Part shown: piece by piece, positions 49,701-56,718 of the stretch | Layout: every line of letters begins with the position of its first letter | Numbering within the stretch: the first letter of the stretch is position 1 | DNA from: Patescibacteria group bacterium | GTDB lineage: Bacteria; Patescibacteriota; Patescibacteriia; JACQRZ01 | Assembly: GCA_038065255.1 (NCBI GenBank) | Contig: JBBTRI010000006.1 | Location: 73,240 to 137,239, forward strand | DNA length: 64,000 nucleotides | Direction: 5' to 3' | The notes under the pieces: model-generated | Databases searched by the model: none | What the model saw: the letters and a program-made list of their open reading frames with translations, nothing else | Told to the model about the DNA's origin: nothing | Translations under genes and position numbers: made by a program

Positions 49701-52270
49701 GTACGGTGCCCAAAGCCGCAGTTCCGAATGGGGATTATACTGTTGATGTAATGATGGGGAATGCTTCAGTTTCAGCGTCGAATATTGCCGCTACTGATGG
49801 GAATACCACCTATGTGGTTGCAGGCGGAGTTGGAACGCTTACAGTTACCGGCAATGAGAGTCTGACAATCACCTTACCGGCGCAACGGACAGTCAGTGGT
49901 ACGGTGCGTGATGCAAATAACCAAATTGTCGCCCAAGCCGGTGTGGAGATATTCAATGAGGCAACCCATGTATTCAATACAACATCAACAGCCGCAGATG
50001 GTACCTTTACTGTGCGCGTTCCCAATGTGTTACCAACCGAACCACCCTACATCTTGAATGTGTCAAAGTCGGGGTATCTGAATGCGTTTCAATCGATTGC
50101 CGTTACGGCGGCAATAGCTGATGTCGACCTTATAAATCTTGCATTGAGCATTCAAAAAGCGACACTTTCCATTTCCGGCAGAGTAAGGCTTGGGTCTGAT
50201 AGTGGAGCTAATGCTACAAAAGCAAGTGTATATGCTCGAAGACAAGGCGGTGGATCTGCACGAACAACGGCTGACGATCAAGGCAATTTCATATTGCCTG
50301 TGCAGGCCGGTTCTTGGGATGTTACCGCCAACTATGATGGTTACCAAGAAAAAGGATTTGCCCAAAACCCGGTTGTCGTGACTACTGTTGCAGTTGATGG
50401 AAAAAATATTGCTCTCACTGAAACCATAGCGACAAAGGCGCCGCTTTCGCAGACGGTGTCCTCAACGGTTGGAACAAATGTTGAAGATACCAATACCGGC
50501 ACAAGCTTGATCATCGGTGCAAATGTATTACCGACCAATACTTCAACAAATCTCCAAATTAAAGAAACGACGAACTTCAGCAGTACGGATACGGCAAAAG
50601 TGGTGGGAGGAGCAACGGAAATCACGGCTCAAGATACGAGCGGTTCGCCGGTAACTAAATTAACCGGTGCAGCAACAGTGCAACTGAAGCGCACTAAGGT
50701 GCAGCTTAATGCTTCAGCATCAGCAGCAGACTCATCAATCAATACTAAATCCGAAGTCAACAAGATGAGTATTTCGTTATTTGATGATACGCTCGGCCAA
50801 TGGACGTCATTACCTACGACGATTACATATAGGGATGCGAATAACAATCTTGTTTCAAATCCAAGCGAAGATCTATCTAATGTCGATAATGTGTTGCTTT
50901 CTGCCGAAACAACTCACTTTTCGCTCTATGCTCCGACGGTCAAGACAAATCCAACAGCTCCTTCAGCACCTGCAGGTTTAGCCGTGAGTAGTCCAACAGC
51001 ATCATCACTCACGCTCACATGGACGGCTGTTGCGGGCGCTACAGGGTATTCTGTTTACCGAGGCACATCGGCAAATGGAGAATTCCCACGTATCGGAGCG
51101 GATCCGACAGTTGGAAGCGGCACAACAACCTCATATGTAGATACCGGACTGGCAAATAATACCAGCTACTTCTACAAGATAACCGCGCATAATGCAAATG
51201 GTGAGTCGGAAGCGTCCGCAGCTGTAACCAATACTACAAGCACTGCAACGGCAGCATCTGCCGGATCATCCGGTGGAAGCGGCGGTACGGCAATCGTGGG
51301 TGGCACTGGCGGTAGCGCAACATCGACAACTACCACAGCGGCAGCAAAAGTAATCGTTGAACCGGTGAAGCAAACTCCTGCGCAAGCTGCGCCGCAGGCC
51401 GCTGGAGCAGTTCCAGCGCCTGCCGCACAGGCTCCAGTAGTAGTAGCGCCAAAGCCGGCTCCACAGGCTGCGCCAGTTGCTCAAGCACTCTCTGAAGTAA
51501 AAGCCCTCTCAACAATTACACGATCACTTGCAAAAGGTTCAAAAGGCGCTGATGTGAAGACGCTCCAGCAAGTACTGAAGGCCGAAGGTTTGTATAAGGG
51601 AGCGATCAATGGCGTTGTTGATGCAAAAACTCTCTCTGCCGTGAAGTCCTTCCAAGTTGCGCATAAGATCTCCAAACCGGGCCAGAAAGCATTTGGCAAT
51701 ATCGGTCCCGGAACGAGAGCCGCAGTCAATAAACTTGTTACGCAGGCAGTGAAGGCGCAAAAAGAAGCTATAAAAGCAAAAGCTTCTATACCTGCTCAAT
51801 GGGCTACTCCGGCTACCCCAGCAACTCCCGCTCAAAAACCAGCAAAAGCAAAACCGACCAAAGAAGAACAAGCTGCAATGAAGGCTGCTAAAGAAGCCGA
51901 AAAGAAAGAAGCATTGATGGCTGCAATAGAAAAAGCTTCAGAAGCTCTTGAAGAACGGTATGCTTCCGAAGATGGAGAGTTTGGTCTTATGAAGGGAGCA
52001 AAAACTGCAAAAAGTACGGCAGCAGCACAGAAGAAAGCCGACAAGCATGTAAAGAAACTTACTTCTGTCCTCGAGCCAAAAGCACTTAAGATGGCATTGA
52101 AAGATCTTCTCTTGAATCTTCCTGAGCCAATGAAAAAACTTGGCATGGACAAGTTTGCCCAAGTTCTCACGAAGACACGAAAAGTTCATGGAAATGCTAT
52201 TCCTCAAGATCCGCAAGGGTTTGCGGATTTTGTCCAGGAAGCAATGAATAGTGCAGTAGGAGTCAAGTAA
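37799..52270 (+). CDS. Giant (4823 aa) secreted surface protein: Ig-like repeats, carboxypeptidase-regulatory-like repeats, Fn3, peptidoglycan-binding domain
   Basis: Uninterrupted 14.5-kb ORF with signal peptide (..SADA), T/A/G-rich beta repeats and I.G.V.D...G.F repeats. Fn3 at ~50960-51240. LAKGSKGADVKTLQQVL...TLSAVKSFQ at ~51520-51735. Confidence 0.9.
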   Translation: MKHYFNRSFSPMNVRITLKKFLTQITAVAVIFWSLGPASFLNPLSADAAVSTLTATAIASRNQVLGTSAPATAVLGLNAVQSAGEQLSQVVVSINPTGTIAPSDFAALATDATSGVALYADNAGGGTQGVFDATDTAVPLAAAPSFNTNSQLVRLTPTAFSATASTDNSYALTDGDVVFTRTSTEQSYAWHVVKVGNGGTGGMTNQAVRFENTATLPLIVNSGVLSKFTPEATGNFTINGTANTTVFSSGATPALSTGDIVLYSGGTTLSRWGMVSGAFTATNAPVDGQNLANETYRMSRAAGVTGSYSVGPNGAVTVTGALNTAPLTAGDMVLYRDTATTSQAQWGVVTNATLTSGIFAIDGVPLAPGTTATPKVYQITKLNAYVNATKLLTTNADTNVTAGTVAYTLLTSNTDFNGAAVARNTANWHVVTTAGNTVNGDANLRLKFNSSTSVPTFGNPAPLRVTLAANALQAIPANDTDADKVGPDFFVVVKGAATPVANNGFTASISSTYFSTAIAAIPAVVTPTYTFSPTPVTTSAQAAQQLTSNTTLLPASETFYALKLNLSQSNQPNVRAMRVVVNPSGAGSINDLAPITDDATSGITLLKDDKSNGMGRGAPDATDTFVGNTFDLGGRSQFNSTQLVKVTPSLTATDNGNAAEGMLAVVVGDAVFARVGAGSYMWHMVTTAGNLSSDATTEGTAGLDGLSAANSLVAAGSQMNKLNPQNGTGTLTVGGEVNLTTLNFAANDIIFYQGGMGAPKWDIVTSATAADIVTLGTPLQNGNYRVSKFTPDANRTAYGIGDIVLYQNNSTFAGDTKFAIITGFDRDNADAVIGYTLSTGETVPLARLIKFTGFGQVSKDVGATDYALIDGDLVLGMPTLNPMTSTTDWHVVTTPNGGALGMNNAIRLNDIGAGEPRFNGTVVMLTPGAVSAVLPDDAGNNAQSDYFIGVRTSRMAANGNAFTVSIPSDSLVLNHSTLGTTTPLATLATSVVFTVSTTSSLTTNAAANIAGGPATINVSSNPTAVFGLNTVSTGGELVRKVGVTVNPGTGFIMSELNALGTNAQSGIALYEDNKVSGSSFGTFNATDDAVVALSSITSVQQGPRLTTLAPSSQALATAAMTLTAGDALFTHITGNGAPTNTYGWHMVTTSGTAATAPSGDGALRLDGAGAAPTFVGGAHVSRLSARTTGSYVINGRTNTIPSALKLGDIILYQTGTTAARWGVVSQNFDAGNAVVDGVQLASGTYRIGKFSPQFSQSTARIGFQQGSQYTSFSTINWTQMQAGDLVLYQTGTEPAKWGIVTNASTTGGTFAINGAPLTVGNGYNKTYRFSKLDSTLTQAALAFSDGTQTTAGTLTFALATSNAQSPTAFDWHAITTAGAINGSAIRFDGNGAAAPLYGTRVTMIPTEATAPFFPTDNNVNNAGSDFYVVARTSSTAVANDSFSLTIAPGDVGTTLHEPLATPTPQTSPVYTVSSAPVAPPAAVAATAAIPVADFPVVLKGTSAYLPLFRVRFGTNENTKNFTSVKVQLSPLGGTPTWTTAAITSSDLADLATDPSSGITLWKDEGDLNFDTNTPVALAASPSYAASDLATAGARSFTLTLATPQAIVSGDAYFIAVRTKAAPQNGNTFSAFLLPAGITTSATSPTLSTTVRRDAVIDSTVPTIQLIVGQPGTNSLEVTFSESVQKVNNGPLSFVSSSDPFTFVDGGGTAQQITSIERRSDTVYTLTMNGNLTDEDFDGSPATLAATANKISDFAGNVMGTTASNLANTMRITTSTLPNTAAGQAYGPVTLQATGGTQPYGWSPLGSADATTLTNLGLTLTANTGIISGTVPAQASGSNTITIKLRDKAFTATVLTGAAGANPWTYQRGGYVPAVGDVVFYRNVTDAPTAMNWGIVTTAPTDATRTNQNTFRLNGALLLAQKTYQMTQFRGGSSPETSAIAANGNFVQGLNLRIGDLVFYPTNAATTTYDWGMVSIAENITANNPATILRVNGSALPAYSATGQVHLVRASNPGFYSDTALVRVNNGAVWTIDGGAYTPSSGQQVIYRNVTDAPTVILHGIITAAANTNQENFRINGQTLLATKQYQISNLSTLNFTSQSIVGTNQSNFELVERDGDIMFLPTQSNGTVYNWAMVTGGDATIPANTNITGLKLNGSAVDMAWTNEAGGNLIANASPPATSVTRTFTVNTPGAGGFIAGIDRVEPNVGIVNTVRDVTVTGISTSFAATSNIELLDGSNNVISTEGAASATNIQVSQKASTGATNLSFRLTIGAQVPQVSYQLRITTGNQVVSGPNAFTVSAAVVGLNPLSPPNNATNVPIPPQFSFSPSADQTVLSYRLIVHTRNDFNDSISGGYTLWDYAFPKVAPSGIPGHCFVDQCSVQYGESRFRNIQAANFDPSSANTPSRPAPLSPNTVYYWKILAYKIAHSDATIGASSENLGDTNRVPESKPDGGIGRAFTTTATIADNEAPDIQFAAPQKATASADLNMFARVFDRVARPTGTPALTARVLYCNNAANCTPTTSANATHVGSNYFKFTIPAATVGVATTVTRFYIDASDGPNTTSTGTAASPLSVTAVAAGSGVISGTVKKADGTCDATIRQATLFMEGTGFNATSSNDAACSFALNGLTAGGSVWAVKEGFEPQPFTFSLGKTGADIRMPFNQGGGFIGGGGSTGNPRVMHHFPGPDSQAPSTAPIDIFFDREMDFGTISSTNMTVNEELNGVFTDITNRGSWTYTDAADPNNSLVTMHRANWTLTGQNTLGTGKKIVVVLSSAVKAQGVSIETPDSHSFQSVKKFSFFTSSFTANQCDFAAGTCNGTAIAPDLIPRVMNFPLPPDIFRVPTNTPLSVNFSVDMKDNSETYNLINSVRLYQIINGQPSDITSTAIQSVSLDSTNKKRALITLKNTFNSGALGVNTQYEVRVLAAATALSGSTVGQDFTSPRFTTGTGTDTGAPTIVNPAAGAQMQFSPFMRKIVLSFNKPLRQDSVSSNTIKLFQSGSTSPVSGVSVQYDNTLNVELILSNPLLEQTNYEVRATVGSSGVVGGNGVALVAESQGATYVSRQFTTTVVTGTIEAAAPRIEFMNADDKEIVIKFSKPMNTATSGDDLAKSVLNKNNITLKYGDSEPFPGFQPATQGTAITLANEANATLSFTSNNELKISNWTSVAAATIRDKKVYISFATTVTDVRDMAIDTNDMDPDMAAKFGALMDGQTVCMKGNSRCQRVMNNTLTGGANTIGEYKVDLGLRGQGGLTSMNINMVGKAIGHIGPPEVIAHNQTTGELSGYIIRVPLTRQIPTGGAVQLIFPEGFDVTGAKQRANHPTWRDFNRDNAGTITFRCGASVANTTNCAGGANTDDTGTAQGGLADDGIVVVSKTTVKAYLSVVFPPTNSTNPIDFIEFELEGIRNTSSALDHSSTDNTVKITTLAGGELESISPSPIIILKQAGALQITGMITTPGNAANGTVTVYLESEQAGFKSATSTNFSGTTTATFAFTGVQANTYYYVRLDPSVTLGGNEYSGSGVPLFVNNANATADLPMTNTTTAGTLVTITITGGPANELLDIFANSMHGQRRLKQMQLGGDGTNGAGTQIRLSDDQWFIGVGPRIPFGQYSGPPPKTSYRPPAHISVNVDSAQNPACNREGGVQSCTVPFALTNATKQIRGKVVDPNNVSNVMVGAEVKAFSPSGEARATSGADGSFTLDVTPDSYDVKAYVFGMEPSIPRNVNVTSAVTDYLVIDGAAAVSAVTAATTFILKPIKAGFSIQGKITDSTGSVMKDTAVYAYRTDGPGHANGMTNASGVYTIYVGPGTWNVGSVINGFGKVQEITVTVTNADKTNQDLSASGGNRSYKKVSGRIYQDTNGNLQYDANEGLANTMVKIVGPGGYFNRDATKSDGTYTIQVPTGSGYRVKAFSPDLGGELPPLPLFDVSDDVPNKDFRIAALRTITFVFAGGTVSDGRIELKTAGNMIVPIRIFNGTVPKAAVPNGDYTVDVMMGNASVSASNIAATDGNTTYVVAGGVGTLTVTGNESLTITLPAQRTVSGTVRDANNQIVAQAGVEIFNEATHVFNTTSTAADGTFTVRVPNVLPTEPPYILNVSKSGYLNAFQSIAVTAAIADVDLINLALSIQKATLSISGRVRLGSDSGANATKASVYARRQGGGSARTTADDQGNFILPVQAGSWDVTANYDGYQEKGFAQNPVVVTTVAVDGKNIALTETIATKAPLSQTVSSTVGTNVEDTNTGTSLIIGANVLPTNTSTNLQIKETTNFSSTDTAKVVGGATEITAQDTSGSPVTKLTGAATVQLKRTKVQLNASASAADSSINTKSEVNKMSISLFDDTLGQWTSLPTTITYRDANNNLVSNPSEDLSNVDNVLLSAETTHFSLYAPTVKTNPTAPSAPAGLAVSSPTASSLTLTWTAVAGATGYSVYRGTSANGEFPRIGADPTVGSGTTTSYVDTGLANNTSYFYKITAHNANGESEASAAVTNTTSTATAASAGSSGGSGGTAIVGGTGGSATSTTTTAAAKVIVEPVKQTPAQAAPQAAGAVPAPAAQAPVVVAPKPAPQAAPVAQALSEVKALSTITRSLAKGSKGADVKTLQQVLKAEGLYKGAINGVVDAKTLSAVKSFQVAHKISKPGQKAFGNIGPGTRAAVNKLVTQAVKAQKEAIKAKASIPAQWATPATPATPAQKPAKAKPTKEEQAAMKAAKEAEKKEALMAAIEKASEALEERYASEDGEFGLMKGAKTAKSTAAAQKKADKHVKKLTSVLEPKALKMALKDLLLNLPEPMKKLGMDKFAQVLTKTRKVHGNAIPQDPQGFADFVQEAMNSAVGVK

Positions 52271-52291
52271 TCGCATAGTTTAATTGGCATA

Positions 52292-52320
52292 AAACAGGGG
52301 ATAATAACAATCCCCTGTTT
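52292..52320. terminator. Hairpin terminator after the giant gene
   Basis: AAACAGGGGAT...ATCCCCTGTTT 11-bp stem. Confidence 0.7.
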
Positions 52321-52370
52321 GTGGCATATAAATAGGTGTATACTAACACTATAATTTATAATTATTTTCT

Positions 52371-53792
52371 ATGACTTCACGTCTCATGCTCGTAGTAGCG
52401 TTGTTCGGTATTTTTGCAAGTGCTACAGTTACGTTTGCACAACTTCAACAACCTCAGGGAGGGCAACTTAATCAGCAACAGGGCGGACAACAGGGCCAAT
52501 ATCAGGGGCAAATGCCACCCAATCAACAACAGGGCATGATGGGACAGTACGGAGGCCAACAGGGTCAACAAGGACAGCAATACGGTGGGCAGCAGCAGGG
52601 TGGTCAGCAGGGACAGATGCCACCCGGAGGATTTGATCCAAATATGGATCCTTCCCGAAAAGGGCAGTACCAAGGGCAAATGCCTCCAGGAGGACAGGAT
52701 CCTAGAATGATGCAGGGAGGTGGACAAGATATGCAAGGAGGACAGTACGGAGGCAAACAGGGACAGCAAGGGCAGCAGTACGGTGGACAGCAACAGGGCG
52801 GTGGGCAGGGACAGATGCCGCCGGGAGGTCCGGGAATGATGCAGGGACCCGGTAAGGAATTTTTCTCTCGGATGGTCACAGAAATGAAAAGCAACATGAA
52901 GCCATTTGAAATGATGGTAAAGAATTTTGACAAGCAGATTACAAAAGTCCAGACATCGGTAAAAAAATGCGGCATTTCACCAAATTTTGAAGAAATGAAG
53001 ACTGCTGTTACTAATGCCAAAGATACTGTTGCTAAAGTAAAAAATTTAGATCCAAAGGCAGAAGATCTTGATTTCTCTCCTGAAGAAATTGGTGAAACTG
53101 CGCAGACTGTTTCCGAAAACCAGCGCCAACTCATGCAGTATGACCAATTCTGTCGTGGAATGACTCAGCGCGAAAAAGACCTCAAAGGCATCACTGGAAG
53201 GCTTGCAAAGATTGAGAGGAATATTCAAAAGGGTAAATTAGATTTGACTGATTCACTTAATGAGCAGAGAGCAGATCTAGCAACGCTACAAACATTGCTT
53301 AAAGACGCAAAGGATCAGGCATCGCAGGATATAGAAAAGGCGATGGATACTATTGATGATTTTGAGGATAAACGGAATGACGTATTTGACCGCGAACGTG
53401 CATTACAGATGGCTGCAAACTTTTCGAGGGAATTAAAAAATCTTGATCGTGATGCAAAACGCCTTGCAACAGATGTGAAAAATGAAAAAAGACGCGCTTT
53501 AAAAAAGAAACTTCCAAGCGAAGATTTAAGCGATTCGTATACCAAGTTTAACGATGACTATACCACGCTTAAGGGGCTTGCAGGCAAGAAGAATGTTGAT
53601 CCTGAAGATCTCATAGCTGCTATGGAGGATGTATTCGATGCGCGGCGCGATATAGATGAGGCGCTCAATCAGTTGCGTGAGGGCGGTTCGGGGAAAACGG
53701 AAGACGAATTTGCTTTGCCGCAGGGGTGGGATGATATAGCAAAATATTCCCATCAGGGCAGCCAGCAAGACCAGATGATGCAGGATCAATAA
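52371..53792 (+). CDS. Secreted protein with Gln/Gly-rich low-complexity repeats and a coiled-coil C-terminus
   Basis: Signal peptide (..VTFA). Duplicated GQYGG(Q/K)QGQQGQQYGGQQQGG and GQMPP repeats. Charged helical remainder. Confidence 0.8.
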   Translation: MTSRLMLVVALFGIFASATVTFAQLQQPQGGQLNQQQGGQQGQYQGQMPPNQQQGMMGQYGGQQGQQGQQYGGQQQGGQQGQMPPGGFDPNMDPSRKGQYQGQMPPGGQDPRMMQGGGQDMQGGQYGGKQGQQGQQYGGQQQGGGQGQMPPGGPGMMQGPGKEFFSRMVTEMKSNMKPFEMMVKNFDKQITKVQTSVKKCGISPNFEEMKTAVTNAKDTVAKVKNLDPKAEDLDFSPEEIGETAQTVSENQRQLMQYDQFCRGMTQREKDLKGITGRLAKIERNIQKGKLDLTDSLNEQRADLATLQTLLKDAKDQASQDIEKAMDTIDDFEDKRNDVFDRERALQMAANFSRELKNLDRDAKRLATDVKNEKRRALKKKLPSEDLSDSYTKFNDDYTTLKGLAGKKNVDPEDLIAAMEDVFDARRDIDEALNQLREGGSGKTEDEFALPQGWDDIAKYSHQGSQQDQMMQDQ

Positions 53793-53810
53793 AAGAAAAA
53801 AGTATCCATA

Positions 53811-54857
53811 CTAAAAATACGCATATTGCCGCGCATAGCCGCGGCCTTTGTCGTATACTTCTTTGGTAATCAGCTTATCCCGATAAAGCGTTTCGAGGGC
53901 GCGTTCCATTGTTACCATGCCTTCTTCAGAACTTGTTTGAAGGACGGTATCAAGCTGTTCAAAATTTCCCGTGCGGATAATGTTTGCTACAGCGCTATTG
54001 TTGATAAGAATCTCCCGTGCGGCGATGCGGCCTTCAGGTATACAAGGTACAAGTTCTTGAAAGACGACTGCTCGTAGGTTTTCTGCGAGTTGGATTTTGA
54101 TCTGGCGCTGTTCATGCGGCTCAAAAATATCCACAATACGAAGCATCGTCGCTGGAGCGCTGGATGTATGGAGCGTTGAGAACACCAAGTGGCCGGTCTC
54201 AGCGATACGCAGTGTTTCCTGGATGGTTTCTTTGTCGCGCATTTCACCAACCATGATGATATTGGGGTCTTGGCGGAATACCGTGCGTAACGCCATACCG
54301 AAATTGGGGGAGTCAATGCCGACTTCACGCTGTTCAACGACGGATTTTTTGTGTTCAAAAACGTATTCAATCGGATCTTCAACAGTAATGATTTTGCAGT
54401 GCCGATCGATGTTGATGCGGTCGAGCATTGCCGCAAGTGTTGTGGACTTTCCGGATCCGGTAGGGCCGCAGACTAAAATAAGCCCGCTATTGAGCTGAGT
54501 AAGACTTTCTTCAAATTTGCCGAGACGTATTTTATCGAATGAAGGAATTTCCAATTTGATAATGCGTGCCGTAAGGGCAAGATGTTTGCGTTCAAAATGG
54601 ACATTCACGCGAATGCGCTGGTTCTTGCCGAAATCATGGGCAAAATCAGCATCAAATACTTCATTGAGTTGCGCCTTGGCGCGCGGTGTCAAAATCTCAT
54701 CAGTGAGTTCTTGAATGTCGTTATCGGTGAGTTTATAGTCATCAACGTCTTCAAGTCGACCGTGGATGCGCATTTGCGCGGGCTTGTCATAGATAAGATG
54801 GATGTCCGACGCTTCTTTCGCGTAGGCATCCTGGTACATTTCATAGAATGTTTTCAT
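53811..54857 (-). CDS. pilT: Type IV pilus retraction ATPase
   Basis: ASDIHL, GPTGSGKSTTLAAM, TVEDPIEY, RQDPNIIMVGEMRD, AETGHLVFSTLHT. Confidence 0.92.
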   Translation of the reverse strand: MKTFYEMYQDAYAKEASDIHLIYDKPAQMRIHGRLEDVDDYKLTDNDIQELTDEILTPRAKAQLNEVFDADFAHDFGKNQRIRVNVHFERKHLALTARIIKLEIPSFDKIRLGKFEESLTQLNSGLILVCGPTGSGKSTTLAAMLDRINIDRHCKIITVEDPIEYVFEHKKSVVEQREVGIDSPNFGMALRTVFRQDPNIIMVGEMRDKETIQETLRIAETGHLVFSTLHTSSAPATMLRIVDIFEPHEQRQIKIQLAENLRAVVFQELVPCIPEGRIAAREILINNSAVANIIRTGNFEQLDTVLQTSSEEGMVTMERALETLYRDKLITKEVYDKGRGYARQYAYF

Positions 54858-54945
54858 ACACACCTATTCTACCATTTTTCACACAGGGATGATAGTTGAT
54901 ATTTCTTAACGAATCCGATACACTAGTACATATCTAAGTAATTCT

Positions 54946-55695
54946 ATGGCATTTCCCTATAAGCGAACGCTTTTTGACCCACAGTCGAAAGATCCCTATA
55001 AATTATCACGCTCAAAAATTGAGCTCTTTATACAGTGTCCCCACTGTTTTTATCTCGATCGCAGGTTGGGAGTTTCCCAACCGGCTGGTTTTCCATTCAA
55101 TTTAAACTCGGCCGTAGACCACCTTTTGAAAAAAGAATTCGATTATTATCGTGCGCTTGGACAGCGCCACCCCCTCATGGAACAGAATGATATCGATGCA
55201 CTACCGTTTGCCCATGAAGAGCTTGATACTTGGCGAGAGAATTTTAAAGGAGTACAACATCATCACGTGACAACTAATTTCATATTGACAGGCGCAGTTG
55301 ATGATCTCTGGATAGTGCCAAGCGGGGAGCTTATTGTTGTGGACTACAAGGCGACAAGTAAGAATAGCCAAGTGGGAATAGATGCCGAATGGCAGGGGGG
55401 GTACAAGCGTCAAATGGAGTTTTATCAATGGTTGTTACGCCAGAATGGTTTTGCCGTATCACCGACAGGGTATTTTGTCTACTGTAATGGCAGGAGAGAC
55501 CGTGATGGATTTAATGCCAAGCTTGATTTTGATATTTCCGTCATTCCATATACCGGCAGCGATGCATGGGTAGAGCCAACACTTCAACGCATTCGTAGTG
55601 CACTTCTGTCTGCCAAGCCCCCGACACCATCTGCACAGTGTGATTATTGTTCGTATCGTAAGAATGCCCACACAGCGCTTGGAGGTAGCGTATGA
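54946..55695 (+). CDS. PD-(D/E)XK nuclease family protein (Cas4/AddB-like)
   Basis: LSRSKI..F..CPHCFYL, GAVDDL...VVDYKAT, QMEFY, CDYC. Confidence 0.8.
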   Translation: MAFPYKRTLFDPQSKDPYKLSRSKIELFIQCPHCFYLDRRLGVSQPAGFPFNLNSAVDHLLKKEFDYYRALGQRHPLMEQNDIDALPFAHEELDTWRENFKGVQHHHVTTNFILTGAVDDLWIVPSGELIVVDYKATSKNSQVGIDAEWQGGYKRQMEFYQWLLRQNGFAVSPTGYFVYCNGRRDRDGFNAKLDFDISVIPYTGSDAWVEPTLQRIRSALLSAKPPTPSAQCDYCSYRKNAHTALGGSV

Positions 55696-56714
55696 ACGCG
55701 GCAATGATTGAAAAAATCAAGTCTGATGCGCTTAGCTCACTAGAACGTGCGGCAAGCACTGTGGAGCTTGAACAGCTTGAACTCACGCTGTTTGGCAGAA
55801 AAACAGGGACGATAACTGATTTATTGAAATCCATCAAGTCACTACCGGACGAAGAAAAAAAATCCATCGGACATCGAATAAACGAATTAAAAAACTCTCT
55901 TCTGCATGCGCTCGAGGAAAAAAAAGCAAGCCTTATTGAACGTAGCGAAGGCGAAACTCCCTTTGATGCTACAGAACCCTATATTGGAGAAAGGGCACGA
56001 GGGTCATTACACCCCATTACACATATTCAGCAAGAACTCGAGATGTTTTTTACCCAACTTGGCTTTTTGGTATTAGATGGGCCCGAGCTTGATTCAGAGT
56101 ACTATAATTTCGAATCGTTGAATATTCCAGCCGATCACCCTGCACGGGACATGCAAGATACGTTTTATATCAAAGATCACCCCGGTATGCTGATGCGCAC
56201 ACAGACTTCTGCCGTGCAGGTGCGGGCAATGCGTGAGTATGGTGCGCCGCTTTCAGCTATTGTTCCCGGGCGATGTTTTCGTAATGAAGCAACCGACGCG
56301 CGGCACGAACATACGTTTTATCAACTTGAAGGGTTTGTTGTGGGAAAGAAAATCACCTTTTCCCATCTCAAGGGCATTCTCGAAGCTGTGGCGCGTTACT
56401 TGTATGGACAAAAGACTGAACTTCGATTGCTCCCGAAATTCTATCCATTCGTGGAGCCGGGTGTGAGAGGGGAGGTAACGTGCATGCTGTGTTCGGGCAA
56501 GGGGTGCCGCGTATGCAAGCAGTCGGGGTTTTTGGAAATATTCGGCGCGGGCATGATCCATCCGAATGTTTTGCGTGAAGGAGGGTTGGATCCCGCGCAT
56601 ATTTCAGGACTTGCATTTGGTCTTGGCCTCACGCGCCTTGCAATGCTAAAATATGCCATTCCGGATGTGAGACTGCTGCAAAGCGGGAATCTTGATTTTT
56701 TGAAACAATTTTAA
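55692..56714 (+). CDS. pheS: Phenylalanyl-tRNA synthetase alpha subunit
   Basis: GSLHP, NFESLNIP.DHPARDMQDTFY, FRNE..D..H, YPFVEP, AFGLG..RLAM. Confidence 0.96.
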   Translation: MNAAMIEKIKSDALSSLERAASTVELEQLELTLFGRKTGTITDLLKSIKSLPDEEKKSIGHRINELKNSLLHALEEKKASLIERSEGETPFDATEPYIGERARGSLHPITHIQQELEMFFTQLGFLVLDGPELDSEYYNFESLNIPADHPARDMQDTFYIKDHPGMLMRTQTSAVQVRAMREYGAPLSAIVPGRCFRNEATDARHEHTFYQLEGFVVGKKITFSHLKGILEAVARYLYGQKTELRLLPKFYPFVEPGVRGEVTCMLCSGKGCRVCKQSGFLEIFGAGMIHPNVLREGGLDPAHISGLAFGLGLTRLAMLKYAIPDVRLLQSGNLDFLKQF

Positions 56715-56718
56715 TCCT

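Noticed and set aside
38070-52276. Numerous antisense and alternative-frame ORFs inside the giant gene and other CDSs
   Set aside because: These are shadow ORFs expected from codon bias, with no motifs or expression signals.
52440-52850. Repeats that might be a CRISPR array
   Set aside because: They are in-frame coding repeats with synonymous variation and have no constant repeat-spacer period.
54946-55695. CRISPR-associated cas4
   Set aside because: No other cas genes or array are in the window, so it was called a generic PD-(D/E)XK nuclease.
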